From: the human T2T-CHM13v2.0 reference genome, Homo sapiens
Reading direction: 5' to 3' (one strand)
DNA: 64,000 nucleotides
NCBI RefSeq assembly: GCF_009914755.1
Contig: NC_060927.1
Shown here: positions 14,348-28,857 of the stretch, one piece after another
How the letters are laid out: each line of letters starts with the position of its first letter
Position numbering within the stretch: position 1 is the first letter of the stretch
Position numbers and translations under genes: made by a program
The notes under the pieces: generated by a model
Told to the model about the DNA's origin: nothing
What the model saw: the letters and a program-made list of their open reading frames with translations, nothing else
The model's database searches: none

Positions 14348-16106
14348 ATAGGTAGATAGTATGACCTTTAAGTAGCACCTGTAAATAACTGCTGGCTTTA
14401 CACCCTTAAAAAAGACTATCACTAAACTCTTGGTGATCACAACTGGAGGAAGTATATGGAGTGGAAGATGATGAGACTTAGGTGAAGAGCTCTGTCTTGA
14501 AATCTCAAACTCTGGCATCACGGTGATGGCTCATGTTAAAGTAGAGGGGCCTTTGTTTTCAGATACCTTCTGGAGGGTTCTTCCTGAGATGCAACAAGGA
14601 GATCTTGTCCTTCTGGCTTCTTGAGGTGATGCTGATGTTGTTCGACAGGGCTGATTCCTAGGGGATGGTGGTACATATCCGGGCCTCCTGTGGAAGTGCT
14701 CATGAATTAGTCATTTTTGTCACTCCAGTTCTTTCTCAGCTCCCTACCCCCAAGGCTGCTTTCTCAGCAGTACCACTTGAAGTATCTTCCTGCATTTTTG
14801 GTCTGCCATATTTTTATTACTGTAATTCTTTGTACTACTCCTTGCTGGTCCTCTGCCATTAGGTGGGTATTCTATAGCTAAATTATAGTACTTGGAGAAT
14901 GAAATTTTTCCAGTATTTTGCCCCTATGGTGTGATAACTTCTCTAACTTGAAGTAAAAAATTGATTTTGAAATCTCGACATTAAGCTTCCAAATGGCCTA
15001 ACTTTGCTTCCAAATGGCCTAACTTTGGAATTATAAGCTTCCAAATTATTATTTGGAATTATAAGCTTCCAAATGGCCTAACTTTGCATTTTCTGCCTGA
15101 TGTTTAAGTTATTTGCTTACCAATTTTTTTTTCTAAAAGATTTTTACCTTTTTGTATATGGGCCTTTTATTGTTGCCTCAGAGAGCTTCCATTGAAAGGT
15201 ATATATATATTTATTACATGTGATTTTTCAATGTGAGATTTTAAAGTGGGTTTGCTAGGCTTTTGGGCTTCAAAGGTCTAAGAGTCAGATTCTGAGATGT
15301 TTAAGTGTAATTGTTTGCTTTATTCTCTGCAGCCTCTAGCAGGTGCTTTTAATCAGTATGGCTAAATTTCATAGTTAGGTATCAAGGATTTCATTTCCAA
15401 AGCAGGAGAGAATTCTGGATCAACTCTTAGCTGCATTTCAGTGATATTGTTTTCTTCTGCTGGGTGCACCAAGTTTATGAAAGAGAGCACTGGCATATGA
15501 CACCAATAGAAAAACTGTCAACAATGAGACTTTCCCATTACGTGTTTTCACTTCCCACATTGACAGTCTGATGTCATGCACTATGATTCTTTGAGTGCTG
15601 TTGACTTCAAGGTATCCATGACTTTTCTTTTCTTATAAAACTCAATCAGATTGACTTCCAGGATGGTGGTATGAGCAGCAGAGTGGACCTTCTTCCCAGT
15701 GAAACAACTATTTCACTGCTGAAAATTATTTTTTTAAAATAAAAAGTCTTCGGAGATTGTCCTAAGGATATATAGAAAATGGAGAGACATGAAAAATCTA
15801 CTAAACCTTGGTAAGAATTATGAGATCATTTGAGCTATGATCTGCCTCCTCAATCCCCCTCCCCCAGCTCAGTGTGGTAGAAACCATACTCCAGGCATGT
15901 GTAACCAAGAAGATGAGTTTCTTTCTTCCACGACTCCTAGTCTAGTGCTGCTGTTTTACGACAGGAGGGCATGCCACTGACATCTCTCATCCTGTCTCCT
16001 CAGTTTTGTGCTGCAGAAGCTCCATTTTGGGCAGATGCCGTCAAGCTAGCTAGTCTCCTTACCCAAAACCAGTACTCACTCTTATGGCTGGAGTTCCACT
16101 CAGGCA

Positions 16107-16499
16107 TGTGTTAGGCTGTTCTCACATTGCTATAGAGATACCTGAGACTGGTTAATTTATAGGAAAAGAGGTTTAATTGGCTTATGGTTCTGCAGCTGTA
16201 CAGGCAGCATGACACTGACATCTGCTTCTGGGGAGGTCTGAGGGAGCTTTTACTTATGGCATAAGGTAAAGTGGGAGCTAGCACATCATGTGGTGGGAGC
16301 AGGAGCAAGAGAAGGGGGAAGTGCCCCATGCTTTGAAACAACCAGATATCATTAGAATTCACTCACTATGGTGAAGAGAGCACCAAGTCATGAGGGATCC
16401 ACTGCATGACCCAAACACCTCCCACCTGGCCCTACCACCAACATTGGAGATTACATTTTAACATGGAATTTACACAGGTCACATATCCAAACTGTATCA
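16107..16499 (-). mobile_element. MaLR LTR, MSTA/B-like
   Basis: MST consensus motifs; 5-bp TSD aggca/aggaa. Confidence 0.9.
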
Positions 16500-18000
16500 A
16501 GGAATGACAGGCCAAGAATACTGGGCTCTGAAGCACCCACCCCATCTTTCTTATAGGGTGGGAATTTTATAACAGGAAAAGCAACCTGAGATCGGGGGCT
16601 ACTCTCCTTGCTCAAAGCCCTGCTCATAGAGCAAGGATATCACCCTCTGGAAGATGCAGGCCACTGTCCCTACCCCCAGCTCCACTGTGTTAAAATAGAC
16701 ATTCTGCCCATGAAGATAGGCAGGCTATAAGGCTAGAGAGCTCCACAGATCTTCCTAAGTGGACTTACTTTATTTGGAATAAAGTGTAAGGAAGTCTATG
16801 CTTGAGGGTGTTGATCGTGGTGCTGACCAATTAGTGGTGGTGCCCTTAGGCTGGTAGCTCTATGACACTCATCATATCAACAAGCATAATTGTAGACCTC
16901 CTTAAAGTTTAGGAGAGAGAACCAGAAAAAAAGACAGCTAAGGAGAGCCCTTCTGAGTCTGAAGGACCCTCAAAGACTGGCAAAACTTTGTTCTGAAAAT
17001 GGGTCCTCCCTTATCTGGATAAGTCTTTGCAATATCAAAAACAAAGGAATCAGATAGCAATTAGTAGAGACTAAAAGCTTGGTGGGATACCAATATGGGT
17101 AGACCAGTCCAAATTCACAGGGAGACTGTGTATGCCCAAGGCTGTACCCTCTGAGTAGTGATAGTAGAGGTTGCACACTGTGGAGGAAACAGACTTCAGT
17201 GAAATAGTCCACTAGGTCATTAAACAAATTTAAAAACTCAAGAAAATAACATGCCTTAGAAAGAGGCTGATAGTGGTGGTTCAGCATACAGAGTTGCTAT
17301 ATTATTTTAAAAGTCCAGTTATTTACAAAATTAAGATATACAAGGAAATGAGAAATTGTGTCACATGCACCATGGAATAAAATCAGGCAATAGAAACTTG
17401 CCTGGAAGAGAGCCTAGATTTAGCAAAGACCTCAAAACAGAGATTATAAATATGTTCAAAGAAATAAAATTTGCTTGCATATTAATGGTTATGTCTTATT
17501 AAATAGAAAATATTAAAGATATAAACATTATAAAAAACCAAATGGAAGTCATGAAATTGAAAAATACAATAACTGAAATGAAAAATTAACTAGAGGGTTC
17601 CAACAGTGAATTTGAGCTGATAGAAGAAAGAATCAGCAACTTGAGGACAGATCAATAGAGATTATGGATTATGCAATCTGGAGAACAGAGAGAAAAAAAG
17701 AATGAGGAAAAGTGAACAGAACTTCAGAGAAATGTGAGACACTGTTAAACACAATAAATATGCAGAATGGGAGCCCCTGAAGGAAATTACAGAGAAAAGA
17801 GCAGAAAAAAATATTTAAAGAAATAATGTCTGATAACATTCCAAATCTGATGAAAAAATATATATCTACCTACCCAAGAAGCTTAAAGAATTCTAAATAA
17901 GATAAATGCTAAGACATCAGTAACCTACATCATAGATGTTGAAAGTCAAAGTCAAAAATAAAATTTTGAAAGCAAGAAAAAAGCCTCATTATGTATTAGG

Positions 18001-18375
18001 TATCTTAGTCCATTTTGTGTTCTATAACAGAGTACCAAAGACTGGATAATTTATGAGGAATCCAAGTTTATTTGACTGATGATTCCAGAGGCTGGGAAGT
18101 CCAAGATCAAGGCATCACATCTTGTGAGGGCCTTCTTGCAGTGTCATAACGTGGTGGAAGGCATCACATGGCAAGAGAGTGAAAGAATGCATGAGACTGA
18201 AAAAGGGGACCAAACTCCTGTGATAACGAAACCACCCCCATGATAATCCATTAATCCATTCGTGAGAACAGAGACCTTATGATCTAATCACATCTTCAAT
18301 GTCCTACCTGTTAATACCATCACAATGGCAATTAAATTTCAACATGAGTTTTGGAGGGAACCTTCAAACCATAGC
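18001..18375 (-). mobile_element. MaLR LTR, MSTC/D-like
   Basis: tcttagtccattttgtg...gaggctgggaagtccaagatcaagg...ttcaaaccatagca. Confidence 0.85.
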
Positions 18376-19223
18376 ATGAGGGAACTTGAATAAGATTAAC
18401 AGGTAACTTCTCATAAGAAGCAATGAAGGCCAGAAGGCACTGGGATGACATAGTCGAGGTGGTTAAGGAAAACAACTGCCAACCTACAACTCTACATCCA
18501 TCGAAGTTATTTTTCAAAAATGAAGGTGAAATAATGACATCCAAAATGAACAAAACCTGAATTTGTTGCTGTCAGACCCATGTGAGAAAAAACACTGAAG
18601 TAACTTCTTCAGGCTGAAAGCAGGTGACACCACATTTACATTCAAATGCACAGAAAGAAGCAAAGAGGGCTGCTAAAGGTAATGACATGGTAATTGTAAA
18701 AGATGGTATAAATGAATATTGCATTTCTTAATTTTAACCTTTCTTTTCTCAACTGATTTAAGAAGCAGTTGCATAAATAATATGTATATAATTGTATTTT
18801 TACACCTATAGTGTGTAGACATGTAATACATTTGCAAATAATAACATGGAACTTGTGAGTAGAAACTAAGCTATTTTAGAATAAGAAAATGACATCAGAT
18901 AAAAACAAAAATATGCAAGAAGAAATGAAGAGAACCAGAAATGGCAAATAATAAAGTGAGTATTACAAACTGTGTAAATATGTACTTGTCCTCTTTCTCT
19001 TAGCTTCATTAAAAGACATGAAATTATACAAGGTAAAAATTACAACAGTATATAGTTGGGCTTGTAACATATGTATCTGTGATATGTATAACAATAATAG
19101 AACAAAAGAGGGAGAGGAGGAATAGAGATGTATAAGAGTTAGTTTGTATATATCACTGAAATTAAGTTAGCATGAAAGTTAAGATGCTCTTTTAAAGTCT
19201 TAGAGCAACCACTAAGAAAATAA

Positions 19224-20190
19224 AGAGCTTCTGCACAGCAAAGGAAACTATCAACAGAGTAAACAGACAATCTACAGAATGGGAGACAACTTTTGCAAAC
19301 TATGCATCTGACAAAGGTCTAATATCCAACATCTATAAGGAACTTAAACAAATTTACAAGAAAAAACAACCCCATAAAACTGTGGGCAAAGGACATGAAC
19401 AGATGCTTTTCAAAAGAAGACATGCATGTGGCCAAGAAGCATATGTAAGAAAGCTCAACATCACTGATTAGAGAAATGCAAATCAAAACCACAGTAAGAT
19501 ACCATGTCCCACCACTCACAATGGCTATTATCGAAAAACAGCAGATGCTGGCGAGGTTTTGGAGAAAAAGGAACGCATGTACACTGTTGGTGGGAGTGTA
19601 AATTAGGTCAATCATTGTGGAAGACAGTGTGATGATTCCTCAAAGACCTAAAGACAGAAATACCATTTGATCCAACAATCCCATTACTGAGTATATACCC
19701 AAAGGATTATAAATCACTCTGTTACAAAGACACATGCATATATTCATTGCAACACCATTTACAGTAGCAAAGACATGGAGTCAACCTAAATTCCCATCAA
19801 TGATAGACTGGATAAAGAAAATGTGGTACATATACACCATGGAATAGTATGCGGCCATAAAAATAATGAGATCATGTTCTTTGCAGGGACATGCATGGAG
19901 CTGGAGGCCATCATCCTTAGCAAACTAACACAGGAACAGAAAACCAAATACTGGATGTTCTCACTTATAAGTGGGAGCTAAATGATGAGAACACATGGAC
20001 ACATAGAGGGGAGCAACACACACTGGAGTCTATCAGAGAGGGGAGGGTGGGAAGAGGGAGAGGATCAGGAAAAATAATGAATACTGGGCTTAATATCTGA
20101 TTGATGAGATAATCTGTACAACAGACCTGCATGATACAAATCTACCTATGTAACAAACCTGCACATGTACCCATGAACTTAAAAGTTAAC
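19224..20190 (+). mobile_element. 5'-truncated L1PA13-16-like element
   Basis: ORF2 C-terminus plus 3'UTR; TSD agaaaataa at 19215-19223 and 20191-20199. Confidence 0.9.
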
Positions 20191-21746
20191 AGAAAATAAC
20201 TAAAAAATATATAATTAAAAATCATTGAATAGAATTTGAACACTTATACACTGGTGGTAGTATTATAAAATGATACTGCCACTTTGAAAAACACTTTGGC
20301 AATTTTTCCAAGTGCTAAACATGGAGTTGCCATGTGGCCCAGTAATTTCATTCCTAGGTATTTATGCAAGATAAATAAAACATATGTTCACACAAAAACC
20401 TGTATACACGTGTTTGTAGAAGCATTATTCATAATAGCTCAAAAGTTTAAATGACTCAAATGTCTGTCAGCTGACCAATGAATAAATAAAATGTGGTATA
20501 TTAATATTGTAGAATATTTTTTGACAACAAAATAAATGAAATACACGTTACAACACGGATGAACCTTGGAAATATTATGCTAAGTGAAGCCAGTCACAAA
20601 AGGACACATATTGTATGATTCCATTTACATGGAATGTCTACAATAGACAACTCTACAGAGAAAGTAAATAGATTAATGGCTTCCAGGGGCTGAGAAGATT
20701 AGGGAGTGGGGAGTGACTGTTAATGAGTATGAATGTCTTTCCGGGGTAACAAAAATGCCCTAAAATTCTATTGATGGTTTTAAACTATGTGAACCCACTA
20801 AAACCACTGGATTGTACACTTAAAAAGAGATAACTGTATAGTATGTAAATTACATCTTAATAGAGCTGTGAAAAATCATCACAAATTGTGCTTCATACTT
20901 GTTATAAAGCAATTTGTATAAATTAGCACCATTCAGTCCCCAAACTCTGTCTCTTCCTATTTGCTGTGAAATAATGGGGCAGGTATGCAGAGTACCTCAA
21001 TTTTACCATTGAGGAGACTGAAGCTTAGACAAGTCAACTGACTTGTCGAAGTTCTCACACATACTAATTAGGTAAAGAAACCTTGATGGGGAATATAGGT
21101 CTTCAGGCTCCAGACACCTTGTTTTTCCTAATCCGTCACATATTTCTCTCACAAAGGTCTGTGGAACACACTGCTACCTTTTGTTGCCTTGGCTGAAGAA
21201 AATGAGAATGAAGAAAATGAGTCTGAATAACACCACTCAGAAATGAAACTATAAACATTTTGATACAATTTTCTCTTTCCTCCATACATCTATGAATACA
21301 CATTTATTTTTGACATAATTCAGATCACACCCTATATATAATGACTTAGCTTGTTTTAAAGATTTGATATTATCTTCTGAATAATTCTCCATGGCATTGG
21401 TCTTCAGAAACATAATTTAATAACTGCCTAATATTTACTCTTATATATGCATCATAATTTATTTAATGCTCTCACTGTCGGACACTTAAATGAATTCAAG
21501 TTTTCTTACTCTAAGGAAAGTGCTGTGTACATAAACCTTCATCTGAATTTGACTATTTACTTAGAAGAGACTCCTAGAATGTATGAACTTTTAAAGGGCT
21601 CTTGATGTATATAGCAAAACTGTTATCCCAAAAGGCTGCATGAATTTTTCATATCAATAAAACATTGGTAGAGAAGCTATTGGTAGTGGTGGAGAGTCAG
21701 AAAATCTGAGTTTGAAACCTGGATCTATCACCTGCTAAATGTATAG

Positions 21747-22223
21747 TGTATTAGAGTTCTCCAAAGGAACAGAACCAACAGGGTGTGTATATGTGTGTGT
21801 GTGCAGGTACGTGTGTATGTGCATGCATATAGATACATGCAAAGAAAGGTGGGGAGAGAGGGGATAAGGGGAGGTTGAGATTGAGGTTTTAAGGAATTGG
21901 CTTATACAATAGAACAGACGGTAGAGGCTTGGTGAGTCCAAAATTTGGTGAAGTAGACTGGAAGGCTAGAAACCCAGGGAAGAATTGCAGGCTTCCGCCT
22001 GACAGAACTCATTCTTGTTCAGGGGTCTGTTTTTGTTCTATGCAGGCTTTCAGTTTGTTGGATGACACCCACCCACGCTATGGCAGATAATGTGCTCTAC
22101 TTAAAGCTCCCTGATTTAAACGTTAATCTCATCCAAAAACCATCTTTACATGCAGAATAATGTTTGACCAAATATTTGGGCACTGTGGCCCAGCAAAGCA
22201 GATACATAAAATTAACCATTGCA
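21747..22223 (-). mobile_element. ERVL LTR, MLT2B-like, inside a MIR (21680-22390, +)
   Basis: gttctccaaaggaacagaacc, internal TG-rich tract, cataaaattaaccattgca; MIR halves on both flanks. Confidence 0.85.
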
Positions 22224-22709
22224 ATGTGTCTGTATCTCATGTATGCCCTGTAACTTGGTTTCCTCATTTGAAAATGGAGTAATGATGTATCTCCCTTAAT
22301 TAATTTGGGAAAAATAAATGAGTAAAATATATGAAACACGTCTGGCACAGAGTAAACACACAATAAAGTTAGCCACTGTATTATTATATCACATCACTAT
22401 CACTAACAATTATTATTTGGAAAACTTTGCTTTGTCATTTGTTAACCACTTAGAATTTCTTCTGGAAATTAACTGTTGATAGATGTCCTTTATTAATTTT
22501 TGGTTTAAGTGTTTCTATATCATTTTTCGTTGATAAAGATGAAATTTTGAAATGTTAAATATATTAAATATATATGATTTTTATCAATACTATTAATCAC
22601 ATATAATTTATATTGTATATTAATCTTATATAAAACTAATTAGATATGTATATTCTGGATCTTTTTGCTTGCAGGGCAGGGGCTAAGTGTTAAGCCACTT
22701 TTTGCCATA

Positions 22710-23050
22710 TGTCATGACCTGAATGTATGTGTCACCCCAGATTCAAATGTTGGAAACTAAGACCCAATGTGATAGTGTTAAGAGGTGGGGCATTTATGAG
22801 GTGATTAAGTGTGAGGGCTTTGCTTTCATGAATAGGATCAATACCCAAATAAAAGGGCTCCAGGGAGCTAGCTAAGCCCTTTTGTCTTCCACCCTGTGAG
22901 GACACAGCAAAGAGGCTATATCCTGGAAGCAGCAAAACTTCACCAGGAACGAAATCTGCTGGTGCCTTGATCTTGAACTTCCCAGCCTCCAGAACTGTGA
23001 GAAACACATTTCTATGCCTTATAAATTATCCAGTCTCAAGTATTTTGATT
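22710..23050 (+). mobile_element. MaLR LTR, MSTD/MLT1A-like
   Basis: gccttgatcttgaacttcccagcctccagaactgtgagaaa. Confidence 0.85.
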
Positions 23051-25654
23051 TACATCAGCCAAATTCTCAACTAGTGAGTACAACCCAGGCCTTGATCTGA
23101 GACCCAGCGCTAACAAATAGGAATAAAGACAGAGTGGTTACTGTTATATGGTCTCCAACATGTCACTGACAAAGGTTGCTGGCCATCTGTGGGAAGCCAT
23201 TGATCCTGATCATACTTGATTTGGTTCTAGTAGTTGGAGATTTTACAGCAATATACTGCTTATCTCCAAACTGTGAGTTGTCAAGGTTCAAGTATGTATG
23301 TCTAAGGCATTCAAACTTTAGCCAAGAGAAGGGTATGCCAGTTTGTAATCACAGCACATAATAAAGATGGTCTCCTATAATATTTACAAAATATTATGTG
23401 GGCATAGAAGATCAAACATCCTAGGATCAAAGAATCATGGTTAAGGGTTTCAAAGAGGGGGTGATGTGTGAACTGACTTACTGAAGGATGAGTGGAAGTT
23501 TACCTAATGGTCGAGGGTGAGCAGTCTAGGTAGCTGGGTTGGCCATTGCAAGAGAAAGATTGGAGCAGATTTGGGGAATCTTGGTTCTGTGTGACCTAGA
23601 ACAGGGGAAAGAAGGTATGGACTCCTGTGCCAACTATTTTAAATGGCAGGAATTTCCTGGGAGTTGTGATAAGGAGGAAGCTACTGTCACTTGGTGCTCT
23701 ACTGGAGAGCACGGCTGATTGAGTGGTGAAGTCTGTCATGACTGTAGGGGTGAAGAGGGTGGTACTAGTGCTAAGTTTTTGTCATTGCTTTGATTTGACA
23801 GATAAGCATAAAGCAGATTGTAAAGGAGATTTCTTATGAAGTTTTAACATAATCTGGGAGGTGCAAAAGAGTCTGAAATATCTTTATGCAGATGAAACAT
23901 AATCAGTTACCCTTTGGAAAATAACTGTGGAAGTGGTATGGAAAATCCTTAGTTTTCTCATCTTTGCACCTACTCCACCCCCGCTTCCCTCACACCCTTC
24001 ACAAACATATCGCTTCTCACTTGTTAGAGAAGTAACATGTACCAAGGCAATAAGGATTAATCATGCCCTTCATAGCTCATGGTAAAATCACCTCTCTGAG
24101 CTACCACCTTGGACTCATTAGAGATCAGGCTGATATTCAGCTGCTGTGTGTTAGTTGCGCTTGCTCAGCCTCACTGGTTGTTTAAATATGAATGTACTCC
24201 ACACTAGCTGGTAATTATTCAGCCTCCCAAGCAGCCTTGAGTGACCCCCGCTACCCTGGGCACCCCAAGTTTTCCCTTCTGGGCCTTTTCCAGGTCAAGC
24301 CAGTAGCAGCGTAAAGACTGGAACAGCACAAGGCCTCCAGTACGCTGCTCCTGGGGTTGTTGTTTTAAAATTTGCTTGAGGTCTGAGTCTTTTCTGATTC
24401 ATTAGTACCCTGTCTATGCTGGTGGTAAATTAACTAAATATAAATTCTCTCTAAGGATAAATTCAAAGCACTGTGGTTGTTAGGCTTCGGAAAATTTGTA
24501 TGATTCTTAAACCAAACTGACAGAAATTAAGCAAAACGAAACAAAACCTTTGATTTAGGGAGCTATGGGATAGAGTTTGAGATTTCACTTTTAATTCCAG
24601 CTTCTTAGAAAAATACTTGAGTATCTTTGGTCCCAAGGGGAGGATACTTTGATGGAAATGGAACACTAGAGCAATGATTCTTAGCTCTGTAACATTTATA
24701 AACATAATTTGGGGGAAGTTTGTTAAAGGTATGGATTCTGCCATAGAAATCTGTTAGTTTCAAATAGTGTCTAAGAAGGTGGTGGTGCTATTATTATTTA
24801 ATAAACAGAAGCCCCAGGTGATTCTGTGGCAGGTGGTCCATGCATCACACTTTGAGATACTCTACCAGAGGGTACAAATAGTCTGCCTCAGTAGTGCTAA
24901 ACAGAGGTCACAGTTGTGACCATTCCACAAATATATAAAATACAGTTGTATTCTGCTTACAGAAGAAAAATAGGATTGTGTAGGTTAGGAAGCATGACCA
25001 CTGACTATACAAAGGTGATGTTCACTTCAGCAAGAATTTTTCTATTATATTTAATTTTAAAATAATATACATGATTATATATAGTCATAAGAACTTTGAT
25101 TAAAAATCAAATAATATTTTGAAGCCCTAATGGATGGAACAGTTCCCTATACCAATGATCTTCCCATCCTTCCAGTTTCTAACAGACATACTGTAATTTT
25201 AATGTTGCTAAGGTTGATAATATTTACATTCTATGGTGTAACCTAAATTAAATCTTCTGCAGGTTTTCTATAGACTGGTTTCAAATAAACAGCGCTTTCA
25301 TTATTGTGCCTAGCAAAATATTTTTCTTGCACAGCCAGGGAGAGTGTTATGATGATATTTTCATCTCTACAGTCCCAGACACAACCTTCATGTCACTCAA
25401 TGTAGAACGTCCAGATGGGGGTTTCTTTCTCAGGAGGATCAGTTGCCCTCAAGTTGTAAATCACTGTGCAAATACCTATAAAAGGAGGTTGGCAAATTAA
25501 AACTGCATGCTACAGGGATGATCCTGAACAAGACCCACCTGTATCTTATAACCTTCACATTTTACTGTATTCAAACGGCCAAGTTCACTCTGACTTCCAG
25601 GAAATACAAAGAGTTTTTATTCTTTGCATTTATACTAGGGCTATATTGAGAAGT

Positions 25655-26017
25655 TATATTAGTCTGTTCTCATGCTGCTAATGAAAACATACCCAAGACC
25701 AGGTAATTTATAAAGGAAAGATGTTTAATGGACTCACAGTTCCGTATGACTGGGGAGGCCTCACAATCATGGTAGAAGGCAAATGAGGAGCAAAGTCATG
25801 TCTCACATGGCAGCAGGCAAGAGAGCATGTGTGGGGGAACTCCCTTTTATAAAACCATCAGATCTCATAAGACTAATTCACTAGCAGGAGAACAACATGG
25901 GAAAAACCACCCCCGTGATTCAATTACCTCCCACAGGGTCCCTCCCATGACATGTGGGGATTATGGGAGCTACAATTCAAGATGAGATTTGGGTGGGGAC
26001 ACAGTCAAACCATATCA
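25655..26017 (-). mobile_element. THE1B-like solo LTR
   Basis: THE1 motifs, ending gacacagtcaaaccatatca; TSD gaagt/gaact. Confidence 0.92.
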
Positions 26018-26822
26018 GAACTTATATAGTGATGTATTGAGCCTTAAATGTATTTATATTTTTTAAACATATATAACTATATATGTATAATGTATATGTT
26101 CTATATGTGTAACTATTGTTACACATGTACAGTATGTATACATGTATGTATATGTATGTATAGTCTCCCTATATGTGTAATTATATATAGTCTCTCTGTG
26201 TAACTGTATGTATTCTTTATATAATTCTATAATGAACTTTTATATTATGCCTTAGTGGGCTGAAATTCTTTTCTTGGTGACTTCTGGTATGAAGAAGATA
26301 CAATCACTTATCTAAATTTTTTTGAGACCCATTTCAAAGATTAATACATTGAGTTTCAAAAATCGGGTTGCTATGGGGGGATCTTATTGCCTTCATTTTT
26401 CCTCTTTGTTGTTCTCAACTTTGGCTGTTCTTCAAGTCCCATCCTAAATACAACCTCTTCTGGGAACTCTGCTGGATTGCTCCTCTCCCTAGTAGATGCC
26501 AGTCTTATGCCAGCCAAACATGTTCTATTGTACATTATATCAACACCTGGGGATGGCGGTAGAGTGCCCATTTTAGCATGAAGGGATCAAGGCTTAGGGA
26601 GCCTAAAAGAATTGCTCAAGTTTACACAGCCAGCGAGGGGCTAAGAATAAAACTCAGGTTTACTAAATTTCATGCATGCTGCTCCTTGCACAGTGACACT
26701 ATGGCCTCCCAATCAGCTCTTCTTTGTTTTTTGTTTTCTGTGCAATTCACTTAGCATTCAACATATTCTATGTACTTTTAAATATGTGTATGTTATTTGA
26801 GACATTACTACTACATCCTTGG

Positions 26823-27240
26823 TGCATTAGTCCGTTCTCGCACTGCTACAAATAAATACCTGAGACTGGGTAATTTATAAAGTAAAGAGGTTTAATTGAC
26901 TCATAATTGCCTGGGCTATACAGGAAGTATGGCAGCATCTGCTTCTGGGGAGGCCTCAGGGAATTTTCAATCATAGCAGAAGGTGAAGGGGGAGCCAGGC
27001 ATCTTACATGGCAGGAGCAGGAGCCGAGAGAGAGAGGGTAGGTGCTATACACTTTTAAGCAACCAGATCTCATAACTCACCCACTCACTATCGTGAGAAC
27101 AACACTGAGAGAATGGTGCTAAACCATTCATGATGGATCTGCCCCCATGATGTAATCACCTCCCACTAGGCCCCACCTCCAACACTGGGGACTACGATTC
27201 GACAGGAGACTTGGGTGGGGACAGATCCAAACCATATTGC
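26823..27240 (-). mobile_element. MaLR LTR, MSTA-like
   Basis: attagtccgttctcgcactgct...gacagatccaaaccatat. Confidence 0.88.
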
Positions 27241-27295
27241 TTAGCTTCTCAGCATTTCTATCGCTATAGCATCTGGTACATAGCAGGTTGCTTAA

Positions 27296-27681
<386 letters not shown>

Positions 27682-27689
27682 CAGACTAG

Positions 27690-28439
27690 TTTCTTTATCA
27701 GTTTCTGAGTTCTGCACAGACATCTCTGAATTAACACATCCAAAATTAATTTAATGCTTTTCTCCTTCAATCTTCTGTCCCTCTCCAGGGCACACTTAAG
27801 CCAAGCCTTTGTTCCCTCTGCTACAACCCCACCTCCCCCCACCACACACACCTGAACAGTCATTTCCAGGTCGTTTCCACCTAATGATTCCCTGCCCTTC
27901 CCCAGCCTCTCCTCCATAGATTAGATAGAGGGATATTTTTAAAAGTGCAAATCCCATTTTGCCATTCCCCACTTTAACATCTTCCTGTGGCTCCCCATGA
28001 CTCTGAGAATAATATCTACATGCTTTTCCAGTTCTACAGGGTCCCATGGGTTCCCTTTCATTGAAACCCTCTACCTTATATGCACCTCTGTCTCACCATG
28101 CTCCAAGCAACTGTTCTGCTCTGTTGCTTGAACATGTCAAACCATTTCTACTTCAAAAATCTTGTCACAAGCTATATCTTCTCAAACGTTATTTTCTTCA
28201 ATTCCCCCTATGATCTACTGCTTCTCTTCCTTTGTGTCTCAGCTAACATCTTACTTCCTTAAAGAGGCCCTTCCTAACCACACTCTTGAAAATGGTCACC
28301 CCTTCTTCCAGTTTCTTTCACATCATATTGCCTTGTTTATTTATGTCCACATACTTTGTAATTTTTTTGTGCCCTCCCCTTGGGATTAGAATGTAAACTC
28401 CGTGAGGGCAGCAACCTTGTCTGGCTTGTTCAGTGCTGC
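27690..28439 (+). mobile_element. L2 3' fragment
   Basis: ccaaaattaatttaatgc...gattagaatgtaaactccgtgagggcag. Confidence 0.75.
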
Positions 28440-28857
28440 TGATATAGTTTGGATGTTGCACCCTCTAAATCTCATGTTGAACTGTAATCTCCTATGTTGA
28501 AGGTGGATCCTGGTGGGAGGTGATTGGTTCATGGGGGTGGATTTCTTATGAATGGTTTAACACCAAACTTTTGGTGCTGTCCTCATCATGATAGTTTGTT
28601 CAAGATAGTTTGTTTAAAAGTATGTGGCATCTTCCCCCTCTCTCTCTTCCTCATGCCGTCACCATGTGAGATGCCTGCTCCGCCTTTACCTTCTGCCATG
28701 ATTGTAAGCTCCCTGCAGCCTCCTCAGAAGCCAAACAAATGCTGGTGTCATGCTTCCTGGAAAGCCTGTAGAACCATGAGCCAATTAAACCTCTTTTCTT
28801 TATAAATTACCCAGCCTCAGGTGTTTGTTTATAGCAAGGCAAGAAAGGCCTCTTACA
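28440..28857 (+). mobile_element. MaLR LTR, MSTA/B-like
   Basis: tgatatagtttggatg...ttaca; TSD gctgc/gctga. Confidence 0.9.

Larger units (their letters stand above)
15652..20872 (+). mobile_element. Ancient L1M (5'UTR, ORF1, inter-ORF, 3' end; ORF2 largely absent) with three nested insertions
   Basis: 5' gacttccaggatggtgg; A-rich ORF1-like region 17340-18700; L1MB/MD-like 3' end 20230-20872. Confidence 0.7.
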
